Assembly: GCF_963921235.1 (NCBI RefSeq)
Contig: NC_086098.1
Span: forward strand, 1,054,001-1,118,000
Direction of reading: 5' to 3'
DNA length: 64,000 nucleotides
Source: Mobula hypostoma
Lineage: Eukaryota
Under the pieces are notes generated by a model. That model was not told the DNA's origin. It worked only from the letters and a program-made list of their open reading frames with translations, and searched no databases. Shown piece by piece: positions 36,852 to 50,679 of this stretch. The first letter of the stretch is position 1, and every line of letters begins with the position of its first letter. The translations under genes were made by a program, and so were the position numbers.

Positions 36852-39800
36852 TTACATTAAATGAAAATATCGAATAAAAGGTCCCCAAATCTGTTCAAAT
36901 TTAAATGAAGAATCATAAAGGTTACTTCTAATTTTCTCCAAATTCAAACATAAAATCGTCTGAGAGAACCAAAAAAAGGTAGTTGGAGCATTAAGCTCTT
37001 TCCAATGTTGTAAAATACATCTTTTCGCCATTAAAGTAAGAAATGCAATCATTCCACGGGCTGAAGGGGAAAGATTACTAGAAATTTTAGGTAGTCCAAA
37101 GATAGCAGTAATAGGGTGAGGAGAGATATCTATATTTAATACCTTAGAAATAATATTGAAAATATCTCTCCAAAAAGTTTCCAAAGTAGGGCAAGACCAA
37201 AACATATGAGTTAAAGAGGCTATCTGCCCCGAACATCTATCACAGAAAGGATTAATATGCGAGTAAAAACGCGCTAACTTATCTTTGGACATATGTGCTC
37301 TATGAACCACTTTAAATTGAATTAGGGAATGTTTAGCACAAATAGAGGAAGTATTAACTAATTGTAAAATCTGCCCCCAATCATCCACAGAAATGGTAAG
37401 CCCCAATTCCTGTTCCCAATCTACCCTAATCTTATCAAATGGAGCTTTCCTAAGTTTCATAATAATATTATAAATCATAGCCGATGCACCTTTCTGACAT
37501 GGATTAAGGTTAATTATCGAATCTAAAATATATGTAGGAGGAAGCATTGGAAAGGAAGAAAGTATAGTACTTAGGAAATTTCTAACTTGTAAATATCTAA
37601 AAAAATGTATTCTTGATAAGTTATATTTATTAAATAGTTGTTCAAAAGACATAAGGGAACTATCTAAAAATAAATCCAAAAACCGTAAAATACCCTTAGT
37701 CTTCCAAGTTTGAAAAGCGCGATCCGTAAAAGAGGGAGGAAAAAATATGTTACCTAAAATAGGAATCGCTAACCCGAATTGATTAAGATCAAAAAATTTT
37801 CTGAATTGAAACCAGATGCGCAAAGCATATTTAACTATCGGGTTAGAGACCTGCTTAAGACGTTTCGAATCAAAAGGGAGAGAGGAGCCTAAAATAGAAC
37901 CAAGTGTATAACCCTGAACAGATTGTAATTCCAATGCTACCCATTTAGGAATAGATAGTATGTCCTGGTCAAGTAACCAAAATTTCATATGTCGAATATT
38001 AATAGCCCAATAATAGAATCTAAAGTTAGGTAATGCTAAACCTCCATCTCTCTTAGCTTTCTGTAAATGTATTTTACCCAGTCTCGGATTCTTATTCTGC
38101 CAAATAAATGAAGAAATTTTAGAGTCAACTTTATCAAAAAAGATTTAGGAACGAAAATTGGTAATGCCTGAAACACATATAAAAATTTTGGCAAAAAGAA
38201 CATCTTAACTGCATTAATATGACCAATCAAAGTTAAATATAAGGGAAACCATTTAGATGAAAGTTGAGTAATATGGTCTATTAATGGTAAAAAGTTAGTC
38301 TTAAATAAATCTTTGTATTTACAAGTAATTTTAATCCCAAGATATGAAAAGTAATTATTAATCAATTTAAATGGAAATTTATAATATAAGGGAAGATGTT
38401 TATTAATCGGAAAAAGTTCACTCTTACTAAGATTTAATTTATAACCTGAGAAAAGACCAAATTGTGCTAATAACTCTAAAACAGCAGGAATGGATCTCTC
38501 AGGATTAGAAATATATAAAAGTAAATCATCAGCATAGAGTGATAATTTATGGGACTTTAATCCCCGAGTTATCCCAGTAATATTTGAAGATTCTCGAATA
38601 GCAATTGCAAGAGGTTCTAATGCAATATCAAATAATAGGGGACTAAGAGGACAGCCTTGTCGAGTACCACGAAAGAGAGGAAAAAAAGGTGAGTTTAAAG
38701 AGTTAGTACGAACCGAGGCTACAGGGGAGTGATATAACAGTTTAATCCAGGATATAAATTTCAAGCTAAAATTAAACATTTCAAGCACCTTAAATAAATA
38801 AGGCCATTCTACTCTATCAAAAGCTTTCTCGGCATCTAAAGAAATAACACACTCAGGAACATTTTGTGAGGGAGTATAAACGATATTTAACAATGTACGA
38901 ATATTATAAAAAGAGTAACGACCTTTAATAAAACCCGTTTGGTCTTCCGAAATAATAGAAGGAAGTACTTTTTCTAGTCTATTTGCTAATAACTTAGAAA
39001 AAACTTTAGAATCAACATTTAATAAAGATATTGGTCTATAAGATGCACATTGAGCAGGGTCTTTATCCTTCTTTAGTATTAGAGAAATTGATGCTCTATT
39101 AAAAGATTCAGGAAGTTTACCAAGTTTCAAAGAAGCCTCAAAAACCCTACAGAGCCAAGGAATCAATAAAGAAGCAAAACATTTATAAAATTCAACGGTA
39201 AACCCATCAGGGCCAGGAGCTTTCCCCAGATTCATAGAAAAAATAATATTCTTAATCTCATCCATTGTAATGGAAGTATCTAATAAAGAAGACATATCCT
39301 GTGAAATCTGAGGGAAGTCTAACTTATCTAAAAAATCATTCATATATTTAGAATCTCGAGGAGACTCTGATTGATATAAAGAAGAATAAAAATCACAAAA
39401 GGTTTGATTAATCCCCACATGATCCAGTATCAATCGATCATTTTGGTTATAAATCTGATTGATTTGAGATTTAACATAATTAGATTTCAATTGATTAGCC
39501 AGCAGCTTGCCAATTTTGTCACTGTGAACATAAAAGTCACTTCTTGTTTTCTTTAATTGGTTTACAATCGAGGACGAGAGTAATAAACTGTGTTCCATTT
39601 GAAGTTCAGTTCTTTGTTTGTATAACTCCTCAGAAGGAGCCATAACATATTTCTTATCAATTTCTTTAATCTTGTCCACAATTGCCATCTCCTCCTGCTT
39701 CTGTTTCTTCCTCAAAGCAACAGAATACGAAATAATCTGACCCTAATATAGGCTTTAAAAGTGTCCCAAAGAGTGTTAACCGAAATATCTTCTGTATGAT

Positions 39801-40626
39801 TAATTGTAAAAAAAAGCTCAATCTGTTCATTCATAAAATTAACAAAGTCCGAGTCCTGAAGCAACAGCGAATTAAAACGCCATTGTCTATTATTTGGTAT
39901 ATTGGCCATAATTTTAATAGAAAGCTTAAGTGGAGCATGATCCGAAATGGTTATAGAATCATAATCACATTTAATCACTGAAGGAATAAGACGAGAATCA
40001 ATGAAAAAATAATCAATTCTTGAATAGGAATGATGAACATGTGAAAAGAAGGAAAAATCTTTTTCCTGAGGATGCAGAAAACGCCAAATGTCCGTCGACC
40101 CAGAATCAGAAAGAAAAAAATTAATCAGATTTGCAGATTTATTAGGTAAAGTCCGTAAAGGAGCCGAACGGTCCAAAGCTGGAGACAAACAGGTATTAAG
40201 ATCTCCGCCCCAAATCAATGAAAACTCGTTCAAATTCGGAAACTGATCAAACAATGATTTATAAAATTCCGGACAATCCATATTAGGAGCATAAACATTA
40301 ACCAAAACTACTTTTTTATTAAATAGTAAACCACTAACCAATAAAAATCTACCATTCGGATCAGAGATAATATCCTGTTGTATAAAAGTAACTGAGGAAT
40401 CTATAAAAATAGAGATGCCTCGAATCTTAGCATTGGAGTTCGAATGAAATTGTTGTCCCTTCCAGAATTTGAAAAAACGTAGTCTGTCCCCCCTCCGTAC
40501 ATGGGTCTCTTGTAAAAATAAAATTTGTGCTTTAAGTCTCCGGAACACTTTAAAAACTTTTTTCCTTTTAATAGGATGATTAAGACCATTAGTATTCCAG
40601 GAGACAAAATTAATAATAGACTCCAT
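36852..40626 (-). pseudogene. L1 ORF2 (APE endonuclease, RT, Cys/His domain) with two 1-nt frameshifts
   Basis: SWNTNG, LQETH, GGDLN, SRIDY, SDH; KAPGPDG, LDAEKAFD, GTRQGCPLSP, YADD; CDRC..HMFWSC. Confidence 0.92.
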
Positions 40627-41346
40627 AAATCCTAAAGTCAACCCACAACAAGGAGGATTGACGATAGGCGCGACCCACAAACCCGGAGAGGAAACAGAAC
40701 ATACAAAAGATCCCGGGAAAAAGGACGCAACCAGTACTTCAATAATGTATATAGCCCAAAGAGAAACAAACTAAAACGTGAAGCCCCTCCCACCACCCCC
40801 CGCCCCAAGACCCCAAGGCAAAATCTAAAGCAGATCCGCCAGAAAGAAGCAAGCACTAAAACTACCCCCATGACTTCCGGTATACGCTCCCTAAAAAAAA
40901 AGGTATAAATATGAAAAGGATCAGCTAATTGTAAAACAGTAAAAAAGTAAGTAAAAAAAAAGTTAACTCAATTAAAATACCCACAGAACAGAACAAAAGC
41001 CGGAAAATATATATTAAAAAACCACAATAAACCTCAAACCCATGAATAGACACAGCAACAAGAAAAAATAGGATTATTGACATAAAGTGGTTATAAAAAG
41101 CAAAACAGAATAAAATTTTAAAAAAACTACAAAATTTAAGGCCACACAGGAAATACGTAAAATGACAAAAGGGAAGTAACCACCCAGAATCCCCTGGGAA
41201 AAGAAAGAAATGACGCAGTTAAAAAGAAAGTTTAGCGACCATATTAAGAAATCAAAAATAAACTTTTCTGCCCAGATAGGGCACGAAAAAGTTAAAACCA
41301 ACCAATTCACAGCCTCCGATCAACGGAAATAATTAAAAAAAGGCAA

Positions 41347-42228
41347 TTAAGATGTTGAAGATGAAAGTTGATCCAGATAACTCTGGGCATCCGATGGAGA
41401 ATCAAAAAAACGAAGGGCTCCATCTAACATGCGAATCCTTAGACGTGCAGGGTACAGCAGCGCTGGTCTTAAATCCATCTTATAGAATTCCGACATCACG
41501 GATCTGTAACGAACCCGTTGGTCCCAGATTGGTTTACTGAAATCTTCCACGAATCGGAACTTAAGATCCGAAAAATCAATGAAACCTTTAGATCGAGCAA
41601 ATCAAAACAGTCTCTCCTTGTCTTGAAAATAATGAAAACGTAAAATAACATGCCTAGGTCTATCTGACCCAGACGAATATGATGGGATTCTGTGAACACG
41701 ATCCAGAAGCGGTGGTTGGTCAGGAAATACAGTAGGGAATGCATCTTTTAAAAGTTGAGAAAAATATTTCATGGGGTTGTTGGATTCCACGGCTTCCCTC
41801 ACCCCGATCATTCGTAAATTCTGCCGTCGCATTCTAGATTCCAAGTCAGAGTTTTTAAAAGTCAAAAAGTCAAGTTTCTTCTTCATTACATTAATTGTTT
41901 CTTCGATTTTCCCCATCTTAAGCTCACTTTGTTGCGCGAATTTTTGAAGATCAGATATAGCCGACTGATGTTCCGCAATAAATGTTTGCATCTTATCCAT
42001 TGAATCGGCAATTTTCTGGAAATTAGTTGAGATTTCCGCATGAATCAGGTCTTTAACAGAGCCTGCAATTTCCGTACGAATCATCTCCCTAACAGAGGTT
42101 GAAATTTCCCTCTGAATTAACTCCGATATCGCTTTCAAAGTCACCAGTGATTCAGTCGGAGGGAAATCCGTAGCTTTCGGTTTAACCGGAGGTTTACCAT
42201 CCTTGCCGTTTTTCCCGTTCTTAGACAT
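41347..42228 (-). pseudogene. L1 ORF1 with one in-frame TGA (41602-41604)
   Basis: Coiled coil, DLESRMRRQNLRMIGV, DRVHRI..PRHVILRFH, ALLYPARLRI; both ORF-track segments are in the same frame. Confidence 0.88.
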
Positions 42229-43834
42229 AGCAGATCTAAGTATCATCCAATTGTCGGAGAATTCAGTTTAATTCAAAGTATTGTAAGAATTGATGCCTTA
42301 ATGGTTAATTAAAGTATAGCTGACCATAGAGAAAAAAAACTCAGAGGTAATGGAGCGAGTCAAGAACGCGACTTCACTCCATGAGCCCTACCGGAAGTCC
42401 CCCGCAGTTGTTTCCAACGAGTGTACAGTTGCAAGGCTGCAGGACTGGACGGCATCCCAGGGCAAGTACTCGGTCTGTGCGCGGCATAACTGGCAGGTTT
42501 GTTTACAGACAATTCTAATCTCTCCCTCTCCCAGAAAGAGTGCCGTCCTACTTCAAAACATCCACCATTATTTCGGTACCTAAAAAGGCCAAGGTAGCAT
42601 GTCTGAGCGACTGGCGTCCTGCCACACTCACCTCAATAATAAACACAAGCTTTGAGAGGCTGGTCAAGGACTACATCTGCAGCTTGCTACCACCCACACT
42701 GGACCCCTTACAATTCACCTACCAACACGGCCAATCAACAGATGATGCAATAGCCACAGGTCTACACACTGTCCTTACACATCTGGAGAAGAAGGATGCT
42801 TATGTGAGAATGCTGTTCTTGAACTACAGTTCAGCATTCCACACCATAATTCCCTCCAGGCTTGACAAGAAGCGCAAAGATCTCGACCTTCACCCTGCCT
42901 TGTGTAGCTGGATCCTGGACCTCTTGTCAGATCGCTGGCAGGTAATAAGAATGGACTCCCTCACCTCTGCTTCTCTGACCCTCAATACAGATGCCCCTCA
43001 GTGCTGTGTACTAAGTCCCCTCCTTTACTCTCTGTATACCCAGGACTGTGTTGCCACCCACAGCTCCAATCTTCTAATTAAATTTGCTGACGACACTACA
43101 CTGGTGGGCCTGATCTCAAATAATAATGAGGCAGCTTACAGAGAAGAAGTCATCACCTTGACACAGTGGTGTCAAGAAAACAACCTCTCCCTGAATGTCG
43201 CAGAAACAAAGGAGCTGGTTGTGGACTGCAGGAGGAATGGAGACAGACTACTCCCTATTGACGTCAATGGATCTGAGTTGAGATGGTGAACAACTTGTGT
43301 TCCTCAGCATAAACATCACTGAGGATCTTCCGTGGTCTGTACATACTGGCTCTGTGGTGAAAAAGCCTACATGTGAAATGGGGATACATCTTTTTCCCTT
43401 ACTAGGGAGAGAGAGAGAGCCTGTGGTATGTTGAATTACCAGGTGAACGAGCAGCCTTTGGGGTACTGCAAGCCTGTGTCTTTATTGATGATTTGCTGCA
43501 CGCTTGAGTACTTGGTTGGGCGTGGGATACCGATGCTTTTTTTTGCTACACACATAAAAGTTGCTGGTGAACGCAGCAGGCCAGGCAGCATCTCTAGGAA
43601 GAGGTGCAGTCGAAGTTTCAGGCCGAGACCCTTCGCTGGTGGGGGAGGGGGGAATCGTTGCTTTGCTGCTGCTTTATGCATGGGAGGGCTGTGGGGGGGC
43701 TTTGGGGTTCTAACATTTAACTGTCATTCATTCTTTCGGGCACTCCTCTTTTCGTGGATGGTTGCGAAGAAAATGAATTTCAGGATGTAACTATAAATTT
43801 CTCTGACATTAAATTGTACCTTTGAAGCCTTTGA

Positions 43835-46800
43835 AACTATTCTTGTAAGGCACGCTCTCCAATCCAGGCAACGTTCCTGTAAATCTCCTCTGCACTGTCT
43901 CTACAGCATCCACATCCTTCCTGTAATGAGGTGACTAGAACTGAACACAGTCTCTAAGTGGAGTCTAACTAAGGTCTTCTATAACTGTAATATTACCTCA
44001 CGGCTCTTAAACTCAATCCCATGGTTGATGAAGGCCAACACACCATACACCTTCTTAATGACACAGCCAACCTGTGCAGCAGCTTTGAGTGTCCTATGAA
44101 CATGGACCCCAAGATCTCCCTGATCCTCCAAACTGCCAAGAGTCTTACCATTAAAAAATTCTTACTTCAGTGGTTGGTAAGTTAATGGAGAAGATCCTTA
44201 TAGGCAGGATTTATTAACATTTGCAGAGGCATAATATGATTAGGAATAGTTAGCATAGCTTTGTCAAAGGCCTTACGAGCCTGATTGAATTTTTTGAGGA
44301 TATGACTAAACACATTGATGAGGGTAGAGCCGTAGATGTAGTGTATATGGATTTTAGCAAGGCATTTGATAAGGTACCCCGTGCAAGACTTATTGAGAAA
44401 GTAAGGAGGCATGGGATCCAAGGAGACATTGCTTTGTGGATTCAGAACTGGCTTGCCCACAGAAGGCAAAGAGTGGTTGTAGATGGGTCATATTCTGCAT
44501 GGAGATCGGTGACCAGTGGTGTGCCTCAGGGATCTGGCCTGGGACCCCTACTCTTCGTGATTTTTATAAATGACCTGGATAAGGAAGTGGAGGGATGGGT
44601 TAGTAAATTTGCTGATGACACAAAGGTTGGGGGTGTTGTGGATAGTGTGGAGGGCTGTCAGAGGTTACAGCAGGACATTGATAAGGATGCAAAACTGGGC
44701 TGAGAAGGTGGCAGATGGAGTTCAACCCAGATAAGTGTGAGATGGTTCATTTTGGTAGGTCAAATATGATGGCAGAATATAGCATTAATGGCAAGACTCT
44801 TGGCAGTGTGGAGGATCAGAGGGGTCTTGGTGTCCGAGTCCATAGGACATCAAAGCTGCTATGCAGGTTGACTCTGTGGTTAAGAAGGCATACGGTGCAT
44901 TGGCCTTCATCAATCGTGGGATTGAGTTTAAGTGCTGAGAGGTAATATTACAGCTATATAGGACCCTGGTCAGACCCTACTTGGAGTACTGTTCTCAATT
45001 CTTGTTGCCTCACTACAGGAAGGACATGGAAACCATAGAAAGGGTGCAGTGGAGATTTACAAGGATGTTGCCTGGATTGGGGAGCATGCCTTATGGGAAT
45101 AGGTTTGAGTGAACTTGGGCTTTTCTCATTGGAGCGACAGAGGATGAGATGTGACCTGATAGAGGTGCACAAAATAATGAGAAGCATTGATCGTGTGGAT
45201 AGTCTAAGAGGCTTTTTCCCAGGGCTGAAATGGCTATCGCAAGAGGGCACAGTTTTAAGGTGCTTGGAAGTAGGTACAGAGCAGATATCAGGAGTAAGTT
45301 TTTTTATGCAGAGAGTGGTGAGTGCGTGGGATGGGCTGCTGGCGGCGGTGGTGGAAGCAGAAACGATAGGGTCTGTCAAGAGACTTCTGGATGAATACAT
45401 GGCGCTTAGAGAAATGGAGGGCTATGGGTATGCCTAGGTAGTTCTAAGGTAAGGACATGTTCGACAGAGCTTTGTGGGCCAAGGGGCCTGTATTGTGCTT
45501 TAGGTTTTCTATGTTTCTATTAATATCATATTCTGTCTTCAAATTTGACCTACCGAAGTGACTTACCTGTGTTGAACTCCATCTGCCACTTCTGATCCCA
45601 GTTCTGCATCCAATTGATGTCCTGCTGTAACCTCTGACAACCTTCCAGACTATCCACAACACCCCTGACTTTTGTATCATCAGCAAACTTACTAACCCAC
45701 CCTTCTACTTCCTCATCCACGTCATTTACAAAAATCACAAAGAGGAGGCATTCCAGAACAGATCACTGTGGAACACGACTGGTCAGCGTTCACCATGCAG
45801 AATGCGAATCATCTACAAGCACCCTCTGCCTTCTGTGGGCAACCCAATTGTGGATCCACAAAGCAAGGTCTCCTTGGATCTCAAGTCTCATTACTTTTTG
45901 AATGAGCCTCACATGGTGAACCTTATCAAATGCCTTACTGTAACCCATATACACTGCATCCACTGCTCTACCTTCATCAATGTGTTTTATTACATCCTCA
46001 AAGAATTCAATCAAGTTTGTAAGGCATGACCTGCCCTTGACAAGGCCATGCTGCCCATCCCTAATCAGATTATATCTCTCTAAATGCTCATAAATGCTAC
46101 CTGTTAGGATCTTGTCCAACAACTTGCAAGTAAGACCCTGAAGTAAGACTCACTGGTCCATAATTTTTTGGGTTATCTCTACTCCCTTTCTTGCACAAGG
46201 GAACAACATTTGCAACCTTCCAATCTTCTGGTACTTCTCCCATCCCTATTGATGATGCAGGGATCAGATGAAAGACCAGATTCTCAGCAATCTCCTCCCT
46301 CGCTTCCTGCAGTAGCCTGGAGAATATCTCGTCCAGTCCTGGTGACTTATTTACCGTAATACATTTCGAAAGCTCTAGCGCATCCTCTTTCTTAATGTCT
46401 ATACACTGAAGCATTTCAGTCATCCCTACGATCACCAAGGTCCTTTTCACTGGTGAATACTGAAGCAAAGTATTCATTAAGTACCCCCGCTACCTCCTCT
46501 GGCTCCATGCACTCGTTTCCACTCTCACTCCTGATTGGTCCTATTCTTACTTGGCTCATCCTCTTGCTCTTCACATACAAGGCCTTTTCATGGCCCCTTT
46601 TAGCTCTGCTAATTTCATTCTTGAGCTCCTTCCTGGCACCCTTGTAATTTTCTAGAGCTCTAACAGTGCCTGAACCTTCTGTAAGCTTTTCTTTTCTTCT
46701 TTATTAGATTTTTTTACATCTTTTGTATACCATAGTTCTTTTACTCTCCCATTCTTTCCCTGCCTCAATAAAGCATACCTATGCAGAATGCCATGCAAAA

Positions 46801-47195
46801 TTCCCCTGAAGATTTGCCACATTTCTGCCATACATTTCCCTGAGAACATCTGCTCTCAATTTAGGTTCCCAAGTTCATGCCTAATAGCATCATATTTCCC
46901 CGTACCCCAATTAACTGTTTTATCAAATTTTCTGTTCCTATCCCTCTCCAGCGCTATGGTAAAGGAGATAGAGTTGTAATCACTACCTCCAAAATGTGAG
47001 AGATATGACACCTGACCAGGTTCATTTCCCAATACCAGATGAAGTACAGTCTCTTCTCTAGTTGCCCTGTCTACATATTGCGTCAGGAAACCTTCCTGAA
47101 CACAGCTAAGAAACTTCACCCCACTAAATTCCTTGCTTTAGGGGGATGCCAATCAAGATTAGGAAAGTTAAAATCACCCATTAGAACAACTCTAT
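43835..47195. mobile_element. CR1 cluster: 43835-44155 (-), 44180-45520 (+, with tail), 45520-47195 (-)
   Basis: [25 protein letters not shown] on both strands; TTCTATGT tail at about 45510. Confidence 0.85.
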
Positions 47196-47197
47196 TA

Positions 47198-48046
47198 CAG
47201 GTGTCCCCTGCTTTTCGAATGTTCGCTTTACGAAACCTTGCTGTTACGAAAGACCTACATTAGTTACCTGTTTTCGCTAACAGAAGGTGTTTTCACTGTT
47301 ACGAAAAAAAGGCAGCGCGCGAAAAAAGGCAATGCACGCCCCGAGCAGCCGCTCCTCCCCCGGAACTGCAATCTAGCTGGCATTGCTTAAACACGTGCCT
47401 GTGAGCAGCCGTTAGCAAGATGAGTTCTAAGGTATCGGAAAAGCCTGAAAGAGCTCGTTAGGGTGTTACACTTAGCGTAAAACTAGACATAATTAAGCGT
47501 TTCAATCGTGGTGAACGAAGTAAGGACAAAGTGAGTTTGGCTTGTGGAAGTTGACAAAGATGATGTTGAAGAGGTTTTGGCATCTCATGACCAAGAACTG
47601 ATGGATGAAGAGCTGATGCAATTGGAAGAGGAAAGGATAACAATTGAAACCGAATGCAGTAGTGAACCGACCAAAAGTGAAGTCGTCCAGGAACTGAACG
47701 TGAAGCAACTGCATGAGATGGTAGAAAACTGCGCGAGGCTAAGCAGTCAAGCATACTGTCATTTTTCAAGCCTTCCACATCAACCACAGCAGGCGATGAA
47801 CCTCGACCTTCGACATCAAGGCAGGCAGACATAGAAGAAGATGACCTGCCTGCCCTGATGGAAACAGACGGTGATGAGATGACATCCCAGTGTCCCACCA
47901 CCCCAACCCCGGGCTGTGGACCAATACGTTGCTGCGGAGAATGCAGTGGTAGCCAGGAGGAACCCAACACATCTTTAAGAGAAAAGCCGAAATAAACTAG
48001 ATAATTAATTAGGTGTTGCCCGGCATGTAAATGTCGGCCCAGATTA
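47198..48046 (+). mobile_element. Second Tigger-like copy, left part only
   Basis: TA|CAGGTGTCCCC TIR; colinear with 5079-5975 and carrying the same main internal deletion. Confidence 0.85.
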
Positions 48047-49272
48047 GAACACCTGGAGAATAAAGACGTATACGTAAGGCTTCTTTTCATTGACTACAGC
48101 TCTGCCTTTAATATCATCATTCCAAATAAACTGATTCCTAAGCTCTGGAACCTGGGCCTTAGCACTCAGATCCGCAGCTGGATCTTCAACTTCCTCACAG
48201 ACAGCACCCAGGCTGTAAAAATAGGGGACAAGCTCTCCTCTGCAGTCACTCTGTGCACCGGTGCCCCACAAGGCTGTGTACTCAGCCCCCTGCTGTACTC
48301 ATTGTACACCCATGATTATGTAGTCAAGTTTCCATCAAACTCAATATATAAGTTTGCTGATGACACAACAATTGTAGGCTGTATCTTGGGTAGTGATGAG
48401 TTTGAGTACAGAGAGGAAATTAAGAACCTGGTGGCATGGTGCGAAGACAATAACCTATCCCTCAACGTCAGCAAGATGAAGGAATTGGTTGTTGACTTCA
48501 GAAGGAGTAGCGAATCGCACGACCCAATTTACATCGGTTGTGCGCAAGTGGAACAGGTCAAAAGCTCTAAGTTCCTCGGGGTTAATATCACAAATGACCT
48601 GACTTGGTCTAACCAAGCAGAATTCACTGCCAAGAAGGCCCACTAGCGCCTTTACTTGCTGAGAAAACTAAAGAAATTTGGCCTGTCCCCTAAAACCCTC
48701 ACTAATTTTTATAGATGCACCGTAGAAAGCATTCTTCTAGGGTGCATCACAACCTGGTATGGAAGTTGTCCTGTCCAAGACCGGAAGAAGCTGCAGAAGA
48801 TCGTGAGCACAGCCCGGCACATCACACAAACCAATCTTCCGTCCTTGGACTCACTTTACACCGCACGCTGTCGGAGCAGTGCTGCCAGGATAATCAAGGA
48901 CACAACCCACCCAGCCAACACACTTTTCGTCCCTCTTCCCTCTGGGAGAAGGCTCAGCAGCTTGAAAACTCGTACGGCCAGATTTAGAAACAGCTTCTTT
49001 CCAACTGTGATAAGACTGCTGAACAGATCCTGATCTGGATCTGGGCCATACCCTCCAAATATCCGGACCTGCCTCTCGGTTTTTTTGAACTATCTTACTT
49101 TCTCTTTTCTACTTTCTATTTATGATTTATAATTTAAATTTTTAATATTTACTAATTTTTACTATTTTTAATACTTTTAATATTTAATATTTGTAATCCA
49201 GGGAGTGGGAAGCGCAGAATCAGATATCGCTGTGATGATTGTACGTTCTAGTATGAATAATGTATAAAGTAT
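48047..49272 (+). mobile_element. Rex1/Babar 3' fragment (young)
   Basis: [42 protein letters not shown], then the C-terminal domain and 3'UTR. Confidence 0.9.
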
Positions 49273-49274
49273 CA

Positions 49275-49737
49275 ACTGGAGAAGATTCAAAGATGGTTTG
49301 TGAAAATGATTCTAGGATTGATCGGCTTGATGACTCTGGGCCTGTATTCACTGGAATTCAGAAGAATGAGGGGTGACCTCATTGAAAGGCCTTGATAGAG
49401 TGGATGTGGAGAAGGTTTCCTATGGTGGGAGAGTCTAAGGCCAGAGGACAAAGCCTCAGAATAGCAGGGAGTCCTTTTAGAACAGAGGAACTACTTTAGC
49501 CAGAGAGTGGTGAATCTTTGGAATTCTTTGCCACAGGCAGCTCTGGAGGCTGTCTTTATGCATATTTAAGGCAGAGGTTGATAGATTCTAAATTGGTCAG
49601 TGCATGAAGGGATATGGGAGAAGTTAGAAGATTGGGGCTGAGAGGAAAATTGGATCAGACTTGACAAAATGGTGAAGCCATCTCAATAGGCCTAATGGCC
49701 TAATTCTGTTCCTATATTTTGTAGTTTTATGGTCTTT
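49275..49737 (+). mobile_element. CR1 3' fragment
   Basis: LGLYSLEFRRMRGDLIE..VVNLWNSLPQ remnant and tail. Confidence 0.8.
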
Positions 49738-49967
49738 GCCAGTGAACAACCTGTCCCTATCCATACTTGCTGGATCCTTTCTGGTACCATTAAAATTGGC
49801 CCTTCTCCAACTTAGAATCTTAACCCGTGGACCAGACCTATCTCATTGCATATGTACTTTGAAACTAATGGCATTGTAATCAATAGATGCAAAGTGTTCC
49901 CCTACACAAACTTCTTTCACTTGCCCTGCCTCATTTCCTAACAGTTAATCAAGTATTACACACTGTC

Positions 49968-50412
49968 TTTACAGTGTTCTCGTGCAGTGTGTTGAAACTC
50001 TGACTAAACACCAAGTTAAACCGGAGCCAGTGAAGACAGAGTCGTAGTAAGGTTAACCATCTACTGTTCACTCTTCCACATTAATATCATATGGTGAAAA
50101 CTGTTGATAAAAAAAGTACAAACATATACAGCGTCTGTTTCATTCTTGAGACCACGTGTGCTCTTTTCTTTCAGCGAGTGTCTTCAGCCGCCCAGGGGAG
50201 GGAGGGGTCGCGTCAAACCACCGCACGGCCCCACCTTTCCACCTTCTCCGAACCGGAAGTTACCCCCCAAGCGCGGAGAAACTGGAGGTGACATCATCAC
50301 ATGCTGCGATATACCATAGACAATGAATTTTATCTTTAATTAGAAAATAGTTACAAACAAATTATTTAAAGCAGAAATTTAACAAAGTCAAATAAGTGCC
50401 TTAAGGGCAACA
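49968..50412 (-). mobile_element. BEL/Pao solo LTR
   Basis: Homologous to 2242-2904 but about 200 bp shorter internally; flanked by ctgtc and cagtc (5-bp TSD with 1 mismatch). Confidence 0.8.
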
Positions 50413-50679
50413 CAGTCTTCTTGATGTAAAACAAACTTTCGTTAGGACATTTGGCGAACTATTTCATCTACTCCTTTTACAGTTGAGTTGCTTTACACAG
50501 TATCAGCTCAAACATAGAGATAATGTAACTACAATATTTTTATTTAAAGGCTTTTTTTGCAGACTGAATTTGAGTTAGTGCTTTTCTTTCCTTCTCCCTG
50601 CTTTGGGATATTTGTTTTCAATTGATTGTCATGACACAATGTAAGAACTCAACACAAATAATGGATTATTAACACAAAT

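Larger units (their letters stand above)
36495..42402 (-). mobile_element. Full-length L1 LINE, 5.9 kb
   Basis: 13-bp TSD cgcagttgtttcc (36482-36494 and 42403-42415); 5' end GGGGACTTCCGG; ORF1, spacer, ORF2; AATAAA and A-rich tail. Confidence 0.95.
35810..43365 (+). mobile_element. Rex1/Babar LINE relic (35810-36494 and 42403-43365), host of the L1
   Basis: LPSILLANVKSLDNK...LCFVETWL endonuclease start; ORF 42540-43289 FKTSTIISVPKK..LDPLQF..KFADDTTLVG. Confidence 0.8.

Noticed and set aside
2242..50412. One giant LTR element bounded by the two LTRs
   Set aside because: The distal LTR has its own 5-bp TSD and no adjacent internal sequence, so it is an independent solo LTR.
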